Positions 10,709 to 20,723 of a stretch of DNA of 64,000 bases are shown here, piece by piece. Both the position numbers and the translations under genes were made by a program. The DNA comes from Nitrospirales bacterium. Lineage in GTDB: Bacteria > Nitrospirota > Nitrospiria > Nitrospirales > UBA8639. The notes under the pieces are model-generated. The model ran no database searches, was not told the DNA's origin, and was given only the letters and a program-made list of their open reading frames with translations. The stretch lies in contig CBDBCZ010000019.1 of the NCBI GenBank assembly GCA_965203295.1, positions 1,952,001 through 2,016,000 on the forward strand. Reading direction: 5' to 3'. The first letter of the stretch is position 1; every line of letters begins with the position of its first letter.

Positions 10709-10999
10709 TCTTACCTCTTATTATTCGCCGACGCCTTCTCAAAACACAAGACCAATATGACATTGAAACAATCTAAAGCGTCTCTATAGTTATCAAATAG
10801 AAAAACGTGCATGTACCGAAATCCTGAAGCGAAGATTTCTACACCACACTTCCCTCATTAGTATACCATGCGAGTGAATAAAGTAGGGTCAAACACCAAT
10901 TACTGACGAAACGCAGCCAAACTATTGCCGAATCTCCCTAAATGGTCCCCTGCCCCATTAGATAGCCTATAGAAAACATCTTAACTTCTTGTAAAAAGT

Positions 11000-11076
11000 T
11001 GGTGCCCCCGACACGAATCGAACGTGCGGCCCGCGGTTTAGGAAACCGCTGCTCTATCCTACTGAGCTACGGGGGC
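11000..11076 (-). tRNA. tRNA-Arg (anticodon CCT)
   Basis: GCCCCCGTAGCTCAGTAGGATAGAGCAGCGGTTTCCTAAACCGCGGGCCGCACGTTCGATTCGTGTCGGGGGCACCA: cloverleaf, TTCGA T-loop, encoded CCA. Confidence 0.97.
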
Positions 11077-11253
11077 ACTGAATGGCTGGCAGTGTGGCAA
11101 TTGCATTCCGCAGGGTACTAACTCAGCAGTCTAACGCAACCTTGTCATGCAGACAAGGAGGTCCTATCATAGCACGAACGTTGCTTCCACCGGGTGCCCT
11201 GTTTCAAGGAAATGTTAGACCTAGCCGAGAAAACAACGCGTTTGAGATTGCGC

Positions 11254-11841
11254 ATGATGTTCTTGTGGGTTCTGTTGGTGTTGACACTGGGGGCCGCCTC
11301 CCCTCCTGATGCAAATCCGACTTCCACAAACATTTCTCAGTATTATGTCACCATACAAACCGATGGAGCCGCCAAGATTTTCGCGGTCATCCACTTTCCT
11401 GTACCGCGTGAGGTTATTCACGACATCCTCACGGATTACCAGAACTGGCCTGATCTCTTTCCCAGTCGTCCCCGAATTAGAAAGATTTCCCATGAGCAAA
11501 AACAGATGATTGTCGATATGGTTGTTCCAGCCCTTTTCTTTCCAATGGAATTGGACCTTACCACCTCGACTACAGAGCCCACCACCTTCTTCCTCCAAAC
11601 GCAGCTCGTCCGAGGAGACTTTGAGCAGTATGAACAGCTATGGACCCTCAACTCCACACAGAATGGAACGCAGACGGAAGCTACACTCATGCTCAGGGTC
11701 CTTCCCAGTATATGGACACCTGGATGGCTCTTTCGGGAGGTGATGGATTCGGAAATTAGAGGGCATTTAAGAAAAATACAGGAGCATCCTCGAGTCAAAG
11801 AGCATTCGACTCAGCTCCACTCAACACGCGAGACCCCATAG
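11254..11841 (+). CDS. exported SRPBCC/START (polyketide cyclase-like) protein
   Basis: VPREVIHDILTDYQNWPDLFP and GDFEQYEQLW motifs; signal peptide from MMFLWVLL; start uncertain. Confidence 0.7.
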   Translation: MMFLWVLLVLTLGAASPPDANPTSTNISQYYVTIQTDGAAKIFAVIHFPVPREVIHDILTDYQNWPDLFPSRPRIRKISHEQKQMIVDMVVPALFFPMELDLTTSTTEPTTFFLQTQLVRGDFEQYEQLWTLNSTQNGTQTEATLMLRVLPSIWTPGWLFREVMDSEIRGHLRKIQEHPRVKEHSTQLHSTRETP

Positions 11842-12854
11842 TGAAGGTGATTCAGAATCCCCAAAACCCGTTTGTCTCTGAGCATCGAGACTTATTAGAA
11901 CCCCCTCAACAGGTGAGAGTGGAGGTGTATGAAGAACAGGCTCAATCCATTCTGAGTCGTAACGAAAGCCCAGACCTACCGTTTCGGTGGAGTGTGAATC
12001 CCTATCGCGGGTGTTTTCACGCTTGTGCCTACTGCTATGCGCGGCCTAGCCATGAATTCTGGGGCTTTGGTTCCGGAAGCGACTTTGAATCCAAACTGGT
12101 CGTAAAACCCAATGCTGCGGAGCAATTGCGGGCAGCTTTTCTGAAACCCTCGTGGCAGGGAGAACTCGTGGTCTTTTCCGGGAATACGGACTGCTACCAA
12201 CCCCTAGAAGCAACTTATCAGATGACTCAGGCCTGTTTAGGCGTCTGCGCAGAGTTTCGGAATCCAGTGGGCATCATCACCAAATCCGCGCTGATCGTTC
12301 GGGACATGGATTATCTCCTGGCCTTACACACTGATGCTTGGGTTCGGGTGTACCTGAGTATCCCCTTTGCCAACAATGACAAAGCGCGCAAGGTTGAACC
12401 TCAAGCTCCCTCGATCACCAAACGGGTTGAAACTCTGGAGCAACTCAGCCGAGCAGGAATTCCTACCGGTGTTTCCATCGCGCCGGTGATCCCAGGTCTC
12501 AACGAGCACGATATCCCTCTGATCATCAAGATGGCCCGCGATGCAGGGGCCACCACCGCGACGTACATCTTGTTACGGCTTTCTGATAACGTGGAACCCG
12601 TGTTTCTTCAACGCATGACAGAGGCCTTCCCTGATCGGATCAATAAAATCAAAAGCCACCTGCAAGCCATGCGTGGTGGGAAACTCACTGAGAAAGCGTT
12701 TTTCAAAAGACACGAAGGGGAAGGCCCCACGTGGCGTGTGGTCGAGCAATTATTTGAAATGGCGTACCGAAAAGTTGGATTTCCTCCGGCAAAAGAGGAA
12801 CACATCCCCCGCACTTTTTCGCGGCCAGGGCCTGTGCAAACTAATCTCTGGTAA
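11841..12854 (+). CDS. radical SAM protein, PA0069/Rv2578c (SplB-like) family
   Basis: SVNPYRGCFHACAYCYAR (CxxxCxxC), SGNTDCYQP, IITKS, APVIPGLN. Confidence 0.92.
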   Translation: MKVIQNPQNPFVSEHRDLLEPPQQVRVEVYEEQAQSILSRNESPDLPFRWSVNPYRGCFHACAYCYARPSHEFWGFGSGSDFESKLVVKPNAAEQLRAAFLKPSWQGELVVFSGNTDCYQPLEATYQMTQACLGVCAEFRNPVGIITKSALIVRDMDYLLALHTDAWVRVYLSIPFANNDKARKVEPQAPSITKRVETLEQLSRAGIPTGVSIAPVIPGLNEHDIPLIIKMARDAGATTATYILLRLSDNVEPVFLQRMTEAFPDRINKIKSHLQAMRGGKLTEKAFFKRHEGEGPTWRVVEQLFEMAYRKVGFPPAKEEHIPRTFSRPGPVQTNLW

Positions 12855-12995
12855 ATCACTCCACCTTCCCTCTTCTCACCCGCTGGCAAGTACAAGACTT
12901 GGACGCTACAATACACCGGCGCGATGGGGAACACCTCAATTCTCCATCCTTCATCACGACAAAGTCTATATTCACTAACAAGGAAGGACTAAGAA

Positions 12996-14212
12996 TGCAG
13001 AATAGATGGTGTCTATGGATTGTTGGCTTGCTCTCTCTGGTGATAATTGGCCTGCAAGGCTGCGAAGAACACATTTCACCTTGGGAACAGCACCTAAACG
13101 ATGGGAAACGTCTCACGCAACAAGGCAAGTATGAAGAAGCAGAAAAGAGCCTGAAGGCCGCTCTGAAAGAGGCCAAGCAGTTTGAGGACAATGATCCACG
13201 GATTCCCCAAACCTTAAACTCCCTAGCCATCCTGTATGACATCCAGGGGCAATACGAGAAAGCGGAACCGTTGTTGGAAGAAATGATCGCGATCAATGAA
13301 AAGGGGTTAGATCCAGGATCCACGGAATTGGCCGCGAACTACAGCAACCTGGCCTCCATCCACCATGCGCAAAAACACTATGACAAAGCCAAGCCGCTTT
13401 TTGAGCGTGCACTGGCTATTCGAGAAAAGGCCTTGGGGCCGGATCAACTCGATGTGGTCGCAGACCTCAAAAACCTGGCCGGACTCTATGCCACACAGGA
13501 AAAATATGAGGAAGCTGAACCGTATTTGCAGCGAGCCCTGTCTATTACTGAAAAGATGAAAGGATCAGACGATCCTGCTTTAATTCAAGGGCTCAATAAT
13601 TTAGCCCTACTCTATAGCGCACAAAAACAATACGAAAAGGCTGAACCTTTACTTCAACGAGCCCTCTCAATCAACGAAACCCATTTAGGGAAAGAGAATC
13701 CTCGCATCATTGGAAGTATTCACAACCTGGCATTCCTGTATACGAGCCAAGGCCAATTCGACAAAGCGGAACCCTTCTTAGAGCGAGTGGTGGAAATCAA
13801 TGAAAAAGCCCTAGGACCAGACAATCCGCTTGTAGGCGTCAGCTTGAATAATCTGGCTGACGTCTACAGAGCACAGAAGCAACTCGATCAAGCGATTCCA
13901 TTACTCAAACGCGCATTAGCCATCACCGAAAAAGCTGAAGGGCCTGAGGACCCCAGTCTCGTTGGTCCGTTGAATAACTTGGCCCTCCTGTACTTGGCCC
14001 AAAGAGAAGTTGCCGAAGCTGAACCGTTGTTTAAACGAGCATTAACCATCAGCGAAAAAGCCTACGGCAAAGAACACAACACCGTCGCCCGCACGCTGAA
14101 AAACTACGCCGCCCTGCTACGAAAGACCAATCGCCTTGAGGAGGCCAAGGCGCTTGAATCAAGAGCAGAGAGCATCTTGGATAAGAAAGACACTCAAAAG
14201 ACGACGGGGTAA
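12996..14212 (+). CDS. TPR lipoprotein with 42-aa kinesin-light-chain-like repeats
   Basis: Lipobox LQGC; about 7-8 repeats of LNNLAxLYxxQxxYxxAEPLxxRALxIxEKxxG; RBS AAGGA before the ATG at 12996. Confidence 0.9.
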
Positions 14213-14268
14213 GCAGAGACCATCAACTAACCAAACTAACAGCAGTTCCAACTCGGCCTTACTGTTTC

Positions 14269-14544
14269 ATGAAGACACGCGGAATATGGGGAGCTAGTGA
14301 TAACGGTTGTATCGCAGTATATACAGAAGAAGAGATTTTGAAAGGCACTAACAAACTAAAAAATAGAGTCGAAAGAAAACTTCGACTAGTGTTTTCAGAA
14401 AATAATCTGATCGAGAAGAGTATCAATTGTTATGATGGATCAACAAGAATCGAATTTAAAGGAACGTTTCATATTGGCAATGAATTCAGAGCTGATGATG
14501 GGGACTTTTGCTTCAGGAAACAGAAACAATGGAACGAGCGATGA
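14269..14544 (+). CDS. hypothetical protein or fragment in an AT-rich patch
   Basis: 91-aa ORF with no recognised motif. Confidence 0.3.
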   Translation: MKTRGIWGASDNGCIAVYTEEEILKGTNKLKNRVERKLRLVFSENNLIEKSINCYDGSTRIEFKGTFHIGNEFRADDGDFCFRKQKQWNER

Positions 14545-14690
14545 GAAGAGGATAACCAATATTAATCCTGACGGTCTTCCATCATACAAACAACATGATA
14601 CTGGTTACTCCTCACAATGCTTGACCAACTTTATTCATCTAGGCCCTGTTTATTCTGCATGACATCAATACCGATCCCTTCAAGCGGATC

Positions 14691-15140
14691 CTAGGAGTGA
14701 ATGCTATCCAAGAATTCTTGGAACCTCCTCGCGATAAGATAGACATTCTTGTACGTCGGAGGAATTTCCCGATCGTACCAATACCACAGATACACAGCCC
14801 CTTGGTCGTCTCCCCAGAGGGATAGACAAACCTCACTCCCCCCATCGGTGCAAGCAATAGGAAACAAATTCGGAGGGATTTCTCCCTTCAATCTGCTATA
14901 ACTCGACTCGATATGGCTTGCCCCCATGACACGAATGATCCCATAAAACTTCTGAATACCTCCGTTTGGATTCATGGGCATGCCATGAATCGGAAAGGCA
15001 TCGAGATTCGGCCTTCCTCCGTTATGAGTGAGTAAAAAAGCCTTATAATCCTCTAGCAATCTCACGCTCAACCGTCGTTCGACCTGGACAATATCATGAG
15101 GAGAGATTGGAGGACCTTCGTCTTCCATCGTAAACTTCAT
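14691..15140 (-). CDS. SMI1/KNR4 (SUKH) family immunity protein
   Basis: VERRLSVRLLEDYKAFLLTHNGG and FPIACTDGGSEVCL..GAVYLW..IARRFQEFL. Confidence 0.88.
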   Translation of the reverse strand: MKFTMEDEGPPISPHDIVQVERRLSVRLLEDYKAFLLTHNGGRPNLDAFPIHGMPMNPNGGIQKFYGIIRVMGASHIESSYSRLKGEIPPNLFPIACTDGGSEVCLSLWGDDQGAVYLWYWYDREIPPTYKNVYLIARRFQEFLDSIHS

Positions 15141-15785
15141 GCTTGCTTGCTCCTTTTAACACGAAACGAGAATCTATTCTTCCTTATCATGAGGCTACTG
15201 TGGAGAACAGGCACCCCTGCCTTTCTGGTGCTTGCACGCCAGAGCTTCGGCATCAAGCACGAAGGCTGAAAAAGGTTTGGCTGATCAGCCTGCACTACTT
15301 CATAATAGCCCACGATCATTTGTAAATGGCACATTATTTAAATCCGCGTTCCACTGAAACAGTCCTCGCAAAGTTCACCGGCGTTAGTGGGATAGAAGAT
15401 GGACCGTGGCTGATTTAACAAAAGCCTTAAGCAAGACTCATACCTGATGAAAATAATCACGGATATCATTAATGATTATTGCGTTAACGCATAGAAAAAT
15501 ACTGCTCAAAAAATTTTTGATGACGAAATTTTCAACCTGAGCATCCCATCTCTAAACCCTGAGATTTTCCATTTCAGATACGATTTAGTATCTAAATAGA
15601 GACTGATGAATGGGTCTTAACTTTTGTAACGAAGGGCAAAGCAGGAGACTACACGGCACCATGTATTGGAGTACGCTGTGTGAAGAATTGGTCAGATTAG
15701 AAACTTTTTAAAATGTCTGATGGAGTTGTGGCTGTTTCAGCCAATAAAAGAAGACAATGATGGGTTCAAAGATAAGATGAACTCG

Positions 15786-16652
15786 ATGAAAAGACATGTA
15801 GCCATTCTTGTGACAATCCTTTTGTTGGCGGGGTGTTCGACAGTTCCCCGAAGTTTCACGCCTGAGCAACCGATCCCTGCAAAGGACTTTTCCCATCGAT
15901 CATTCGATGGAATTCTTCATGACCATGTGAACAATGGTGTGGTGCAATACCCACAAATCGCGGTTGATTCTCGATTCGATCTTTACATCGACCAATTGAA
16001 TCAGGTTGATCCGAATGCCCTCCCCACTCACAATGACCGACTGGCATTTTGGATCAATACCTACAACGCGTTTGCGATCAAAGGAATCTTAGACGGATAT
16101 TCTCCCCGCACGCTCTTCGGCCGCTATCGCTATTTTATCGGTCGCGATTATCGAGTCGGTGGGAAACCAATTAACTTATACGACCTCGAACAGAAATTGT
16201 TGATCCCAGACTTCCGTGAGCCCCGTATCCATTTTGCGATTGTTTGTGCATCTCAATCTTGCCCAAAGCTTCAGCCCTGGGCTTATTCTGCTGAAACCAT
16301 CGATCAACAACTCAACGACAGTGCCCGTGGATTTATTAACGATCCCTCTCGGAACCGGTTTGATCGAGAAAACAAGATTGCATATCTCTCCAAAATATTC
16401 GATTGGTTTTCTGAAGACTTTGCCGCCCATTCTGGTTCATTAATGAACTATGTACAGCAATTTGTGGACGACCCTGCTCTCGAGAAAGATCTTGAGACGT
16501 CCACCTATAAAGTCGAATTTCTGGAGTATGACTGGAATTTAAATGGAGTGCCTCTTTCCACCATTCAGGAGGTTCACTCCGGTGAGCATCCTCATAGAGT
16601 CCTCGGGCCTTACGCAGGAAAAATCTTAAAGATCCATCCCCTGAGATTGTAA
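15786..16652 (+). CDS. DUF547 domain lipoprotein
   Basis: Lipobox LAGC; LAFWINTYNA, EPRIHFAIVCASQSCP, LSKIFDWF, YDWNLN. Confidence 0.92.
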   Translation: MKRHVAILVTILLLAGCSTVPRSFTPEQPIPAKDFSHRSFDGILHDHVNNGVVQYPQIAVDSRFDLYIDQLNQVDPNALPTHNDRLAFWINTYNAFAIKGILDGYSPRTLFGRYRYFIGRDYRVGGKPINLYDLEQKLLIPDFREPRIHFAIVCASQSCPKLQPWAYSAETIDQQLNDSARGFINDPSRNRFDRENKIAYLSKIFDWFSEDFAAHSGSLMNYVQQFVDDPALEKDLETSTYKVEFLEYDWNLNGVPLSTIQEVHSGEHPHRVLGPYAGKILKIHPLRL

Positions 16653-16779
16653 TGGTCGCTGCGGGATCGAGACTACTGAAAAAGAACGACACCCATACCA
16701 ATATCCACATCCCAGACTATCGTTTATTGGTATGGCAAAACCCTACACTATTATTCAATCATTTATTAGGAGGCATTCC

Positions 16780-17049
16780 ATGATCTCCAACAAATCTTTC
16801 TTAGTAAGCGCAGCCCTTTCAGGTCTGTTACTGGCGGCTGGGTGTGCTCATTACCACGATAGTGGGTCCGGAGCCCAGATGGCCAAAGGGCAATGTCATG
16901 GGGTCAACAACTGTAAGGGGAAAGGCGAGTGCAAAAGCGCAGGTCATTCTTGCGAAGGCAAAAATGACTGCAAAGGCAAGGGATGGGTCACCATGTCCAA
17001 AGACGACTGTAATGCCAAAGGCGGGCAATACGTCGCAAAAGCTCACTAA
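16780..17049 (+). CDS. bufferin-type (BufA2-like) six-Cys RiPP precursor with lipobox
   Basis: RBS AGGAGG at 16768-16773; signal ending LLAAG|C; core CHGVNNCKGKGECKSAGHSCEGKNDCKGKGWVTMSKDDCNAKGG; directly upstream of the MNIO gene. Confidence 0.85.
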   Translation: MISNKSFLVSAALSGLLLAAGCAHYHDSGSGAQMAKGQCHGVNNCKGKGECKSAGHSCEGKNDCKGKGWVTMSKDDCNAKGGQYVAKAH

Positions 17050-17068
17050 TCCCTATTCTCTATTGGAT

Positions 17069-17899
17069 ATGACTCAGCCAAGGATCGGGGTGGGACTTCG
17101 TCCCACCCACTACCTATACCTCGAAGAACGGCCCTCAACCACTGTGACATGGTTTGAAGCCATCAGTGAAAACTATATGGACTCTGAAGGGCGTCCTTTG
17201 GACATGCTTGAGTTCATGCGACAAGATTTTCCCGTCGCCCTCCATGGGGTCTCCCTCTCGATTGCATCGGCTGATGGGGTACAACCAGGGTATTTGCAAA
17301 AACTGAAACGGCTGAAGGAACGAATCGAACCGTTTATCATTTCTGATCACCTCTGTTGGACCGGAATCCGGCAGGCTAATTTACACGACCTTCTTCCCAT
17401 GCCGTTTACTGATGAGGCATTATCGGTAGTACGAGATAACGTGGATCGCGTGCAAACAACCTTGGGCACACAGATTCTCTTGGAAAATGTGTCGACCTAT
17501 ATGAGCTTCCCTGAATCCTCATACACTGAATGGGAATTTCTTACCCGCGTGGCGCAAGAATCCGGTTGTCGGATTTTATTCGACCTGAACAACCTGTACG
17601 TCAACGCTCGAAATCATCACTTTGATCTCATGACGTACTTGAATGCGGTCCCAACTGAGCTCATCGGGCAAATTCACCTCGCTGGATACACAGATATGGG
17701 TTCGTATTTGTTTGATACCCATTCCAAACCAGTCTATCCCGAGGTCTGGGATTTGTTTTTACGCATGATTGAGCACATTCCGGATGCCCCCGTCCTTATT
17801 GAATGGGATGACGACATTCCTGAATTTCAGCGGCTGGAAGAAGAAGCCAAAAAAGCAGCACAGATATGGGAATCCCATCATGCCGTCTCTCCCGCTTAA
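17069..17899 (+). CDS. MNIO / DUF692 multinuclear non-heme iron oxidase (BufB-like)
   Basis: GVGLRPTH, EAISENY, LHGVSLS, SDHLCW, DLLPMP, LLENVSTY, DLNNLYVN, IHLAG, DTH, LIEWDDDIP. Confidence 0.95.
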   Translation: MTQPRIGVGLRPTHYLYLEERPSTTVTWFEAISENYMDSEGRPLDMLEFMRQDFPVALHGVSLSIASADGVQPGYLQKLKRLKERIEPFIISDHLCWTGIRQANLHDLLPMPFTDEALSVVRDNVDRVQTTLGTQILLENVSTYMSFPESSYTEWEFLTRVAQESGCRILFDLNNLYVNARNHHFDLMTYLNAVPTELIGQIHLAGYTDMGSYLFDTHSKPVYPEVWDLFLRMIEHIPDAPVLIEWDDDIPEFQRLEEEAKKAAQIWESHHAVSPA

Positions 17900-18479
17900 G
17901 CATTATCAAGACCTGTTTTGCCAAGCCATGTTTCAAGCAGAACAGGGACCGTATCCACTGCAGTTACTCAATGCATTCCACCCAGGAGGAACGCTCACTG
18001 CGGACCACGCACTTGAGGTCTATAGCCGCGGGCATGTAGCTCGGCTGACCGAGGCATTGGGTGAAACTTTTGAAGCTGTGTGGTGGGTGGCTGGCGATGA
18101 AGCTTTTTTTCGACTCGCGAAAAATTTTATTCTTGCTCACCCGTCAACCTTTTATAACCTTTCATCTTACGGGAGAACGTTTTCTGATTATTTAAAAAAA
18201 GAAACTCCCTTTCCTAACCTCCCTTTTCTCCCTCACCTGGCTCGATATGAATGGACGTTTAAGGAGATGTTTCATACCCGTTTCGTCAATGAAGTCGAAG
18301 AGCCTGAATTTCAAGTTTTACAACACTTACAAAATGGCGAATGTGTCGAAGACGCCCTTGCCCTTACATTAGAACGGTTTCCTCAACTGTCCCAGGAACA
18401 AGTATCTGCCCTCTTCCAGTTGATCATTCATCCCGGTATCGTGGAGGAATGTCACACCAAACCATCACTGGTTCTCTGA
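17880..18479 (+). CDS. DUF2063 MNIO partner (BufC/HvfC-like), possibly internally shortened
   Basis: LEVYSRGHVARLTEALGETFEAV..GDEAFFRLA..YGRTFSDYL..HLARYEW; 199 aa with an abrupt junction at MFHTRFVNEV. Confidence 0.8.
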   Translation: MPSLPLKHYQDLFCQAMFQAEQGPYPLQLLNAFHPGGTLTADHALEVYSRGHVARLTEALGETFEAVWWVAGDEAFFRLAKNFILAHPSTFYNLSSYGRTFSDYLKKETPFPNLPFLPHLARYEWTFKEMFHTRFVNEVEEPEFQVLQHLQNGECVEDALALTLERFPQLSQEQVSALFQLIIHPGIVEECHTKPSLVL

Positions 18480-18594
18480 ACAGTCAATTCTATCCTGACA
18501 GGACATTCCATCCTCCTATGGCGGAACTCATTATGCCCATTGATAAATCTGATGACTGGTCGGTCATAAGGCCGTCTGCACATACCGGAGCCTC

Positions 18595-19106
18595 ATGTTA
18601 GTTAAAACCGGTGAACGAGTCCCCTTGGCTCGCCTCTTAACCTTTCTGGAACTTGGTGAACGCTTGGCCCATGATTGCGCGAAGGCACAAGCTTCCATTG
18701 CCCCTGAGCTAGGCATGCAGCGGTTTCTCCGAGGACAAGCACGGCAGGAAGGGTATCATGCAACGATATTTCATGCGGCAACGCGATGGTTGGTTCCACG
18801 GGGCTTGGGGCCATGCCATTTTTACAAGCCTTTAGAAGAGTATCGTCAGAAAATTGAGTCTGCGTTGCATTGTCAAAATTTTGCTGAAACGTTGCTTGCC
18901 CAATTGAAGCCCTTGGACTGATGGAGGATTACCTTGCTCTAACGGACTTGATGCTTCATGGACTACGAGATCTTTTCCAAGAAATTGACGAAGATCCATT
19001 GGAATACTCCAAAGAAGTGAGAGAATATCTTCCAACGTGGATGACACCCGCTCCAACGACACCTCTTATTCACCACACGAAACCCTCAATGGTAGCTCCC
19101 GTTTAG
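18595..19106 (+). pseudogene. ferritin-like four-helix protein, split and apparently deleted
   Basis: FLELGERLA and QARQEGYH (ExxH) in the first ORF; TGA/ATG break at 18919-18921; second ExxH pair not seen. Confidence 0.55.
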
Positions 19107-19135
19107 CTCTGGGGAAATGTGGCTCGGGGCCTTCT

Positions 19136-19831
19136 ATGATTTCCGTCATTATTCCTACATTCAATGAAGAATAGGGCCTCCCCAAGATGCTTGACCATCT
19201 TTTGAGGCAACCCGGAACTTATCATGTCTTTGTTGTCGACGGAGGGAGTACGGATAGGACCCCGGAGATCATACAGGCCGAACCACGTATCACTCCTTTG
19301 AACGCACCCAAAGGACGAGCTGCGCAAATGAATACCGGCGCCTACCAAGCCATCCAGGAGAGAAATCACCCGAACAATTGGCTTTTCTTTCTTCACGCCG
19401 ATACGATTCTTCCCCAAGGAGCCCTCCAGCATCTGAATGCTTTAGAGACAGACCTCTCCTGTCAGGCTGGAGGTTTTTTTCATCAGTTCTCTGGATCAGA
19501 TTGGCGCCTTCGATTAGTATCCCGGCTCAATAATTTTCGCTGTCGGAGATCTCGAATCATTTATGGAGACCAAGCGCTCTTCGTCCGACAGGGTCTTTTT
19601 GAGCGTCTTGGGGGATTCCCGGATCAATCTTTTTTGGAAGATATCGTCTTTTCCGAAAGACTTCTTCAGCACGTGAAGCCAATTCTCTTGAATCCACCAG
19701 TTGTGACGGACTCTCGGAAATTTGTGAAGATGGGCATCTGGCGTAGTCTTGTCAGAGTGTTGGTCATCATCCTTTGTGTCCAATTCCGCCTTCCTTTCGT
19801 TCCCAGGACCTTCTCTCAAGACGTCCGCTAG
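19136..19831 (+). pseudogene. TIGR04283-type family 2 glycosyltransferase with early nonsense codon
   Basis: MISVIIPTFNEE*GLPKML (TAG at 19172-19174); VDGGSTDRT, GRAAQMNTG, FLHADT, YGDQALFV, LEDI, TDSRKF. Confidence 0.85.
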
Positions 19832-20053
19832 TGAGGAATGAACTGCAGCCAGTTTTTCTTTCTTTTTACTAATGATTTTCGAAAAGATACTATGACCGTT
19901 GATTCCGAGCAGAAAAGTCTATTGACCAGTATTGGCATAAAAAGGGGTTCAATTACGTCAAAAAACTAGCTAAAGTGAATAAACAAATCGGACTACCGAA
20001 TTAGTACAAGAACGACACCCTATAACCGTGCTCAATCATAAGGAAGACTTCCC

Positions 20054-20452
20054 ATGTCCAATAAGATTTCTAAAACAGATGAGGAATGGAAACAGCAACT
20101 GACGCCGGAGCAATACCATGTCACTCGGCAAGGTGGGACAGAACAAGCCTTTTCCGGTCCACTCTGTCACCAAAAAGGAGAAGGCATGTACTATTGCATT
20201 TGTTGTGGCACACCGCTATTCCACTCGAATGAAAAATTCGATTCTGAAACCGGTTGGCCTAGCTTTACAGCCCCGACAGGGAGCGAAGCCATTCAATCTA
20301 ACGTTGACCTCAGCCATGGTATGCAAAGAACTGAGGTGCAATGTTCAGCTTGCGATGCGCATCTGGGTCACGTCTTCGATGAAGGTCCCCTACCCACTGG
20401 ACAGCGATACTGTATTAATTCAGCTGCCCTTGATTTCAAAGAAAAACGTTAA
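20054..20452 (+). CDS. msrB: peptide-methionine (R)-S-oxide reductase
   Basis: TRQGGTEQAF, KFDSETGWPSF, HLGHVFDEGP, RYCINSAAL. Confidence 0.97.
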   Translation: MSNKISKTDEEWKQQLTPEQYHVTRQGGTEQAFSGPLCHQKGEGMYYCICCGTPLFHSNEKFDSETGWPSFTAPTGSEAIQSNVDLSHGMQRTEVQCSACDAHLGHVFDEGPLPTGQRYCINSAALDFKEKR

Positions 20453-20472
20453 GGCTTGCGCACTCTCCTGTC

Positions 20473-20695
20473 TAAAAGTTTGAATTTCAGTTGAGGGATG
20501 CTGTCAGATGAAGTTGGGAATTCCTGCGACACGGTCATACCCGCAGTCGTCAACATGAATTCAGGAATATAAAGAAAGATGGATCCCCGCTAAATAATTT
20601 CGGGGATGACAGATAGAGGTTTTTCCGCGCCGGTGCCTCACCATCTTCACAATTCCACCAAACACTGTCTGAAATAAAAGAACCAAGTTTTTATA
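20473..20695. repeat. MITE-like family B copy with internal REP-like hairpin
   Basis: Starts taaaagtttgaatttcagttga..gaagttgggaa; ends ctgaaataaaagaaccaagtttttat; internal ggatccccg..cggggatgac. Confidence 0.75.
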
Positions 20696-20723
20696 TCTCA
20701 TGAAGGGCATATGTCCATCGCAT

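Noticed and set aside
10750..11076. Genomic island integrated at tRNA-Arg
   Set aside because: No integrase, and I found no duplicated tRNA 3' end in the window.
13200..14120. 126-bp periodicity as a CRISPR array or DGR repeat
   Set aside because: These are degenerate in-frame TPR coding repeats; there are no identical repeats with spacers and no cas or reverse transcriptase gene.
16844..17068. N-terminal extension of the MNIO ORF
   Set aside because: It is an alternate frame over the precursor gene; DUF692 homology begins at the ATG at 17069.
18919..18921. Selenocysteine read-through in the ferritin-like gene or in msrB
   Set aside because: The downstream part is in a different frame, with no Cys-equivalent context; msrB has an ordinary Cys.
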